From contig OX597830.1 in assembly GCA_951406725.2 (NCBI GenBank), positions 7,006,001 to 7,070,000 on the forward strand: 64,000 nucleotides of DNA. The letters run 5' to 3'. Below the pieces are notes generated by a model. It saw only the letters and a list, made by a program, of their open reading frames with translations, was not told where the DNA came from and ran no database searches. Numbering within the stretch: position 1 is the stretch's first letter; each line of letters begins with the position of its first letter. The position numbers and the translations under genes were made by a program. Below, piece by piece: positions 55,812-64,000 of this stretch. This stretch comes from Octopus vulgaris (taxonomy: Eukaryota).

Positions 55812-56132
55812 CACAATCGTTAGCACTCCGGACAAAATGTTTAGCAGTATTTCGTCCGTCTTCATATTCTCTGCTCGAATTGTGCTGAAGTCGACTTGCA
55901 TTTCATTCTCTCGGGGTCGATAAACAAAGTACCAGTGAAACACTGGGGTCGATGTAATTGACTAGTCCCCTCCCCCAAAATTTCGGGCCTTGTGCCTCTA
56001 GTAGAAAGAATTATTATTACTGAGTTCAAATGCTGCCAAGGTCGATGAAATAACTACCAGTTATACACTGAGGATAAAATGTAATCGACTTATCCCTTCC
56101 TCCGAAATGGCTGTGCCACAACTTAAAACCAT
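55812..56132 (+). mobile_element. SINE family B plus a partial tandem second unit
   Basis: aatcgttagcactccggacaaaatgtttagc...ggggtcgataaacaagtaccag...ggccttgtgcct; second unit ctgagttcaaatgctgccaaggtcga at 56020. Confidence 0.8.
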
Positions 56133-56155
56133 TATTATTATTATCATTATTATTA

Positions 56156-56215
<60 letters not shown>

Positions 56216-56252
56216 TATTATTGTCGTTGTCGTTGTTGTTATTATTATTAAA

Positions 56253-56300
<48 letters not shown>

Positions 56301-56812
56301 CGTTATCGTTATCGATACCGTTGTTGTTGTTGTTGTTGTTGTTGCTGGAGCACAGAAAACGGAGTCTGTATGAATTATTAATTGGATGCTATAAAATAAA
56401 CTATGGAAAAAAAAGAGCATATACGATAGAAAGGAAAATAAATAAATAAATAAAGATGGCTCTCGTTCTTTTTCAATCAATCAATCAACCGATCGGTGAA
56501 CCAATATGCTTTGATCTGCAACCATATGACAAGCAACAGGAAGTTGAAGATTTTACAAAGAAAACTACTTCACTCATTAACAACGGTGTCCTGCGGTGTC
56601 GTAGGAAAAGCAGTTCCTCCTAGACTATGTACCTTGACATCGTGTAGAATTTGTGAATACACATACTCATACACACACACAGACGGACACATATACACTC
56701 ATACACACATATACACACACACGCACACGCTCGTTGACACGCATATACATGCATGTGTACAGCGAAATCCAGTCATGTATATACACATACATTCAGATAC
56801 ATGTATAAATAC

Positions 56813-56905
<93 letters not shown>

Positions 56906-56994
56906 GGATAAAGACAGAGAGGTATACGCAGAGGTACATATATAATTCATGTGTGTGTACATATATACATATATATATATATGCAAGTGTGTGT

Positions 56995-57207
56995 ATATGT
57001 TTGTGTGTCTGTGTTTATCCCTCAATATCGCTTGAAACCGATACTAGTGTGTTTACGTCCCCGTAACTTAGCGGTTCGGCCAAAGAGACCGATATAATAA
57101 GTACTAGGCTTACAAAGAATAAGTCCTGGGGTCGATTTGCTCGGCTAAAGGCGGTGCTCCAGCATAGCCACAGTCAAATGACTTAAACAAGTAAAAGAGT
57201 AAAAAGA
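56995..57207 (+). mobile_element. SINE family A 3' half
   Basis: gtgtttacgtccccgtaacttagcggttcgg...aagtactaggcttacaaagaataagtcctggggtcga...gtgctccagcat. Confidence 0.88.
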
Positions 57208-57245
57208 AAAGGAATATATAAATGCAGGGAAGCGCTTATATGTAT

Positions 57246-57292
<47 letters not shown>

Positions 57293-57683
57293 TGACAGAT
57301 ACATCAATCTTCTACTTAGCTTCGTAGACATAAGACAAAATGTATATAATATATATCTGTATCAAATTAAAAATCTCTCTCTCTCCCTACACACACGTTA
57401 TTTATATATCTATGTATGTATGTATGTATGTATGTATGTATGTATGTATGTATGTATGTATGTATGTATGTATGTATGTATGTATGTATGTTTGCATGTA
57501 TGTGTACATATATTGTTTGCAGAAGTAATTGTCTGCATAATGAATGTTTCAAGTTGTAACATATGAGTTGCTAGTTTATAGGTGACCGAATTATAAACTC
57601 GATCCCCGGCGAACTGTTCCCTTTTTACTATAAATTATTACAGAACAGTATTACCTAGAACTGGATTCGTTTCCTCCTCTGTT

Positions 57684-57799
<116 letters not shown>

Positions 57800-57838
57800 T
57801 TGTATGTATATGTATATATATATACATAAATAGATAGA

Positions 57839-58032
57839 TAAGTTTCTTTATTGGCCACACAGGGCTGCACACAGATGGGACAAGTTACAAGGTAGAGTTT
57901 TTCTTTTGGGGGATGAAAAAGACAAGAAACAAAAAAAAGTGGCGTAGGTTTTCGATCAAAAGGGATCGTAAAAGGGAAAAAAAGAACAAAAAATAAAATA
58001 AAATAAGGAAAAAAAAAGGAGAAAAAGAGAAA
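57839..58032 (-). mobile_element. 3' end of the (GATA)n-associated non-LTR element, longer copy
   Basis: taagtttctttattggccacacagggctgcacacagatgggacaagttacaaggtagag is nearly identical to 29130-29190 and extends ~90 bp further 5'. Confidence 0.75.
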
Positions 58033-58109
<77 letters not shown>

Positions 58110-58110
<1 letters not shown>

Positions 58111-58268
58111 CGTATTTACTCTCGCATAAATTACATTCACTGTTTAGCGTTAAAGCTTGATAAGTTTTCCATTAGATTTAAAGTTGATATCTTTTCTCTG
58201 AATATGAAAACTCCATCCCTGTTACGTTTTAGTTTAAATAGTGTGACTTATACACGAGGTAATACGGT
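58110..58268. mobile_element. Small Tc1/pogo-type MITE with ~20-bp TIRs
   Basis: Left tcgtatttactctcgcataa; right ttatacacgaggtaatacggt (reverse complement accgtattacctcgtgtataa). Confidence 0.55.
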
Positions 58269-58413
58269 GGAGTGTATATGTTGGAGAGTATCGATAGATC
58301 GATTACTATATATATATATATATACATACATACACCGATAGATGTAGACAAAAGCAGATTATTTGTGACAGTCTAGGCTTTAAACACACTCATACATGCG
58401 TGTATTCACATAG

Positions 58414-58474
<61 letters not shown>

Positions 58475-58587
58475 TGTGTATGTGTATGTATGCCTGTATA
58501 TTTATATCTATATCTATATCTCTCTATATATATAGATAGATATATAGATATAGATAGATAATTAGATATACAGATAGATTGATATAC

Positions 58588-58674
<87 letters not shown>

Positions 58675-58984
58675 AAGATTGATAGATTGATAGATAGATA
58701 GACAGAAAGATAGATAGATGAGTATATATAGAGAGAGATACGGTGAGAGAGAGGGTTAGAGGAGAGAGAGAGTGTTGGAAGATAAAAAATATATTATGAA
58801 AGAAGCTGATATATAAAACATAAAAGAGATGAAAGTTAGTGTTGGTGATGGGCTGGGAGTGAGAGAGACGTAGGGTTAGGGTTGGGCCGAATGGAAGGGA
58901 TGTACTTTTGTAAAAAGACTGAGAAATATGTAAATCTGACACTATGGAGATGAAGAGGCGGTGCCAGAGCAACATCTCGGTACA

Positions 58985-59651
58985 TTGTGGCGTGGCTGGT
59001 AGAGGCGGTGGTGTTCAATAGCCGCGCTGGTGGTGGTGGTGATGGCGAAGGCGGTGGTGGTGTTGGTTGTAGTGGTGGTGGTACTGATGGTGCTGGTGGT
59101 GGTGGTGGTGGTGGTGGTTGTGATGTTGTTACGAGTGTTGTTGGTGATGGTGGTGGCTGTGATAGCGTTAGTGGTGGTGGTGCTGGTGCTGGTTGTCCAT
59201 TTGCTAGTGAATGTCGTGTTTGTTTTGTTGGAGTTGGCGGTGGTCACGGTGGTGGTCATGGCTGTCCATCTCGTGATTGTGGTGGTCGTGGTGCTGTGTT
59301 GTTGTTGGTGGTGGTGGTGATGGTTGTGTTAGTGGTTTCGGCACTAGTTTCTGTCGACCAGCTTGTGACAGAAGTGGTGGTAAGGATGGTAGTGACGATG
59401 GTGGCGATTGTGATGCTGGTGATGGTGGTGGTGGTGGTGGTGGTGGTGGTGGTGGTGTTGGGTGGCGGTGATGATGCTAATGGTGGTGGTAGTGTGGTTT
59501 GTGTGATGATGGTGGTGGTGGTGATGGTGGTGGTGGTGATCGTGGTGTTGGGTGGCGGTGATGATGCTAATGGTGGTGGTAGTGTGGTTTGTGAAGATAA
59601 TTGTGGCGGAGGTGGGTGTGTGTGTATGTATGCCATGGTGGTGACGATGAC

Positions 59652-59690
<39 letters not shown>

Positions 59691-59750
59691 TGTCTTTGAA
59701 ATGGTGAATATGTCGAAGGTGGTGGAGGTCAATGGTATTTAAGGTGGTGT
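58985..59750. repeat. Imperfect (GGT)n/(GAT)n tract with an internal ~50-bp duplication (period 90)
   Basis: gtggtgttgggtggcggtgatgatgctaatggtggtggtagtgtggtttgtg occurs at ~59452 and ~59542. Confidence 0.9.
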
Positions 59751-60101
59751 TGGACGTAGTGAGTGGTGAGAGAGTAGGACTCGGCTGAGACCATCAATCT
59801 GTGATTAACACAAATTTCTAATCTTTACTTACTTTATCTTATCATAGTCATTATTCTCCGACTGCCCTTGTGGCAAATAATTACATCATTTTCATACTAA
59901 TTTTAGTGCTGTCATCATCATCATCATCATCATCATCACCACCAACACCAACACCACCACCATCATCATCATCATCATCATCACCACCAATACCACCACC
60001 ACTATCATCATCATCATCATCATCACCACCAACACCATCATCATCATCATCATCATCATCATCACCATTATCCACATCATCATTATCAACATCATCATTC
60101 A

Positions 60102-60305
60102 GGCGGCGAGTCGGCAGAATCGCTAGGACCTCGGACAAACTGCTTAGTGATATTTCGTCCGGCTTTGCGTCCTTAATGTCCAGTACTGCCAAGGGTTCCT
60201 TTGACCATTCATCATTTCGCGGTTGATAAAACATAATACCACTTAAGCTCTAGGGTCAACGTAATACCACTAACCCAAAAATGCTGGCCTTGTTCAAAAT
60301 TTGAA

Positions 60306-60308
<3 letters not shown>
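60102..60308 (+). mobile_element. SINE family B, full length, diverged
   Basis: ggcggcgagtcggcagaatcgctag...tgcttagtgatatttcgtcc...gctggccttgttcaaaatttgaaa. Confidence 0.78.
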
Positions 60309-60369
<61 letters not shown>

Positions 60370-60634
60370 GCCCATTATTAACATTGTTCCTATTGCGTAT
60401 TCTTCGTCTTGGCTAGTTTCATGAGTTTTGCTGCTTGTAACAATATCAACACCACCACCAGCACAACTACCACTAAGACTACTACTACTTCTACTATTTC
60501 AAGTATATAAGCACCAGTTTATAGCTGGTACTTTCATTGATCGAGCCTGGATGAAGCAACAGAAAAGACGTGGAATCTAGACTTGACAAAATTGACGTGA
60601 TTATTGCATACGGCGTGAAGGAGGTGGGGGTCGG

Positions 60635-60812
60635 TGGAAGAAGAAGAAGAAGAAGAAGAAGAAGAAGATGATGATGATGATGAAGAAGAAGAACAAGAAG
60701 AAGAAGAAGAAGAAGATGATGAAGAAGAAGAAGAAGAAGGAAGAGGAAGGGGAGGAGGAGAACGGGGAGAAGAAGAAGAAGAGGAAGAACAAGAAGAGGA
60801 AGAAGGAGAAAG
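60635..60812. repeat. (GAA)n polypurine tract
   Basis: Read directly. Confidence 0.93.
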
Positions 60813-61209
60813 GTATGTAGTGATGATGATAAGGATGATGACGGCGACGACGACGTTGATGATAGCAACGTTGATGAACATGTAAGTGAATAGGATGGTG
60901 TGGATGAAGATGATGATGATGAAGATGGTAGTGTTGGTGGTGGTGGTGGTGGTCATGATGATGATGATGACGACGACGACGATGAAGATGACGAACGGCA
61001 GCAGTGAACAGCAATTATAATGCCAAACCCCAATAACAACAACTAACAACAACATTAACAATTGTAACTACAAATCTCCACCACCACCAACATCAACCAC
61101 GACAACAACAACAACAACAACAACACCAAACCCAACAAAACATATTCTCCTCTGTTTTTCTCTCTCTCTATGTTTCTACGTTGCTTCATCCAACGACAAT
61201 AGCAATGGA

Positions 61210-61415
61210 GCTAATCGCCATTTATTCCATGATTTATAGGAAGAACAAAGATTTGTTCGCAAACCCTCCGCGCCATATTGCCAGCCAATAAACGTTGCGA
61301 TATTGATTTAGTGAGGAATTCAAAACATGGCCGCTATCATAAATAAATACAAGTAGCTCTCCAGCCTAGTCAGATGTAGCAATGGCGGCGGTATATATAG
61401 GCAGGGCTCGCTTTA
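61210..61415 (+). promoter_or_regulatory. Candidate promoter/enhancer island (YY1-like cores, CCAAT, TATA-like)
   Basis: CGCCATTT 61216, CGCCATATT 61271, AGCCAAT 61283, AAAACATGGCCGC 61322, AATGGCGGC 61381 and TATATATAG 61392. Motif match only. Confidence 0.35.
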
Positions 61416-61584
61416 TACATAGCCTGTTTTGTAGTTTAGGTATGGATATGTAGTGTGTGTGTGTGTGTGATTGTGTGTGTGTGTGTATCTTGTGTGTGTA
61501 TATGTCTTCGAGGATGGCGAGTTGTATATCTGATTACTAACCTCAAGCTTGCTGCAATAAGATGCCAAAACTTGTGACTATATA

Positions 61585-61624
<40 letters not shown>

Positions 61625-61675
61625 TTTACGCGTATGTCTGTGTATGTATGTGTATATATATATCTATATATAAAT

Positions 61676-61709
<34 letters not shown>

Positions 61710-61855
61710 CTACACACACACATATATACATAGACGTGTGCAGTCAAGAACATTCACTTCTAATTCTATATATATTTATGCATATATATATAGAAACATA
61801 TATATACACAAATACATACATACATGCACATATATATATAAATATATATATATAA

Positions 61856-61912
<57 letters not shown>

Positions 61913-62159
61913 AATATATACTTATACTTACATCGGTACATATTTACGTACATACATTCAACGACGTACAGCTTTCAGACCCATAAACATACACATACAC
62001 ACATCTTTTATCTATACGGATGAAGATAATGCCTCCACTGAGTCATCATTTGTACCTGTATGCGCGTGTGTGTTTATCTGTGTGTGTATGTGCGTGTTTA
62101 ATATGGTGTGTGTGTGTGTGTGTATGTGTGTGTGTGCGTGTATGTGTGTGTGTGTCTAT

Positions 62160-62305
62160 GTGTTTCTCTACGGCTTAATAATCGGTGTTTTCTTCCCCAT
62201 AACTTAGCGGTTCCAACATCAGAGGCCGATACAATGAGGAGCGATTAAAATACGCGTTGGGCGCAACTTGTTCGTGCAAATCCTGCAAAGCAGTGCTCCA
62301 GCATG
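62160..62305 (+). mobile_element. SINE family A 3' half, highly decayed
   Basis: taacttagcggttc...gaggccgata...gcagtgctccagcatgg running into (GGT)n. Confidence 0.6.
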
Positions 62306-62658
62306 GTGGTGGTGGTGGTGGTGGTGGTGGTGGTGGTGGTGGTGGTGGTGGTGGTGGTGGTGGTGGTGGTAGTGGTAGTGGTAGTCGTCGTCGTCTTTAA
62401 GTCGCTGTCATTCGATCAGGTTTGGCAGATACCCCCCACACACACACACAAACACACACACACATATATATAGTACGTCGATGGCGTAATAATCCAAGTT
62501 GTGTCCTCATGAAGCACATCTGCCGATTTCCAGTTCGCAAAAGCATTTCCTGAGATGTTATATTTTATATGAGATTTGAAAATATTAGAGGATGCTTATT
62601 GCGGTGTAATTAAACAGAAAACTGGAAAATAATTTGTGATAATAATTAACCTGCCTTA

Positions 62659-62790
62659 CATATGTTTCGTTACTAATAGGACTTACGTACATATACTTGT
62701 AAAAAAATGTAAAGCATCACCGATAAATAATTCTTCAGATGCTTTTCTAATTGTATACATACATAACTCCTATTAGCAATGAAACATATG
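62659..62790. repeat. Inverted repeat / palindromic MITE-like element
   Basis: 38-bp arms (62659-62696 versus 62753-62790) with 6 mismatches by eye, plus an inner aaagcatc/gatgcttt pair. Confidence 0.75.
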
Positions 62791-63054
62791 CAACAGAAAA
62801 TAAGTAATACCTCAAGATATGTTGACGTATACATTGTCCAAAGTTATCCTTCCTTTTTAACGAATGTAAAGTGTACTGCTGTGTAGTCCTGTGTACTATT
62901 TCTAGTATATCGTCAATCATGTGGTGACTTCATTGTAAGCTACTAACCATGTGTACTCTTGATTTAGTTATATATAAAACCCTTCTGTTCACCTTATTCT
63001 GAAATATTCCTATTTTAATAAGTAAATTCCCAAAGAGTAGCATGTATGGGACAT

Positions 63055-63138
<84 letters not shown>

Positions 63139-63929
63139 TGTGTGTGAGTGTGTGTATGTATGTATTTCAGATATATTTCAGTTCGAGGTTTAATTATTTT
63201 ACCATTCCATTCCTTAGAGTTCATAGAATGGTAGAATTCATAGAAGAGATCGATATTCGAAGCAATTAACAGAGATTTTCGCCGTTCGTTCTATCTGCAC
63301 ACAACATGTTCTACATATTGTAGAAAATTGCTATTTGGTTAACAAGGGCAGGATACTGTACCGAGATTCTAAAAATACCCAATATATATTCCTCAAATCG
63401 GTATCTAATGTTTTAAATGCATGTGTGTGTGTGTGCGCATCTATATATGCAGGTATTATATTTGAATAGTGAAGTGCGTGTCATACATTTTGCGGGATGG
63501 TTAAGTGGTAGGTCTTTGGTGACCGCGGGTCCATAAGCTATGTAAGATTAATTATAACAATACGTATTTGTTGAAGAAAAAGACCACATTTTACAGAAAA
63601 AATTTATTACTGGTGGAGCGAGTTACTGGCTCTTGATGGAGTTGTTGGTGCGACTTTGTGTTGACATGTAACGTGTCGTGTCTGTTTGAGAGCTAACGGT
63701 AGTCATCCCTCCTCAGCTCTGAGCCTAGCCAATATCTTCCAGAGAGGAGTGCACGAAGGAGAGAAAGAGGGAAAGAAGAAGAAGAAGAAGAAGAAGAAGA
63801 AGAAGAAGAAGAAGAAGAAGAACAAGAAGAAGAAGAACAACAACAACAACAAGAACAAGAAGAACAAGAATAAGAAGAGAGGAAGAGAGAGGAATTAGTA
63901 TTTGATTTTTGTTTTATTTTGTTTTAGCT

Positions 63930-64000
63930 ATGGTGCATCGAAAGGATAACAGGTAAAGAATTGACCTGGGTGGGATTTGATCACAGAGCACAGAAAGTCG
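63930..64000 (-). mobile_element. SINE family B fragment at the window edge
   Basis: cgaaaggataacaggtaaagaattgacctgggtgggatttgatcacagagc. Confidence 0.5.

Noticed and set aside
58987-59742. 251-aa Gly/Val-rich ORF
   Set aside because: It lies in a (GGT)n tract and switches from poly-G to poly-V to poly-M as the repeat phase slips.
60634-60885. Acidic poly-Glu protein (and poly-Lys at 63686-63898)
   Set aside because: Translations of (GAA)n tracts; at most these are triplex-prone polypurine runs.

Overview
This is AT-rich eukaryotic genomic DNA saturated with microsatellites: (TA)n, (CA)n, (TATG)n, (GATA)n, (AAT)n, (GAT)n, (GGT)n and (GAAA)n. It is densely interspersed with transposon remnants. 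The SINE families and repeat landscape most resemble a coleoid cephalopod such as Octopus; this is pattern recognition, not a database result. I find no credible intact protein-coding gene, tRNA, rRNA or CRISPR array. Nearly all ORFs in the track are translations of simple repeats, so the window is probably intergenic or part of a very large intron. Recognisable content includes about 25 copies or fragments of four tRNA-derived SINE families, a young-looking 5'-truncated CR1 LINE, two decayed RTE LINE fragments, a LINE endonuclease relic, a Helentron-type non-autonomous element, several MITEs, and unique-sequence islands rich in POU/homeodomain/YY1-type motifs. Four observations stand out. (i) Several microsatellite-embedded short elements carry minimal hammerhead-ribozyme-like cores typical of Penelope-like elements, including an identical non-canonical core in two copies. 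(ii) A SINE family shares its 3' tail with a LINE-like end that sits in (GATA)n. (iii) An (AAT)n-inserted element is bracketed by an apparent ~100-bp target duplication. (iv) There is a foldback MULE-like MITE with a 9-bp TSD. I do not see a demonstrably new multi-gene system. All coordinates were read by eye and boundaries are approximate.
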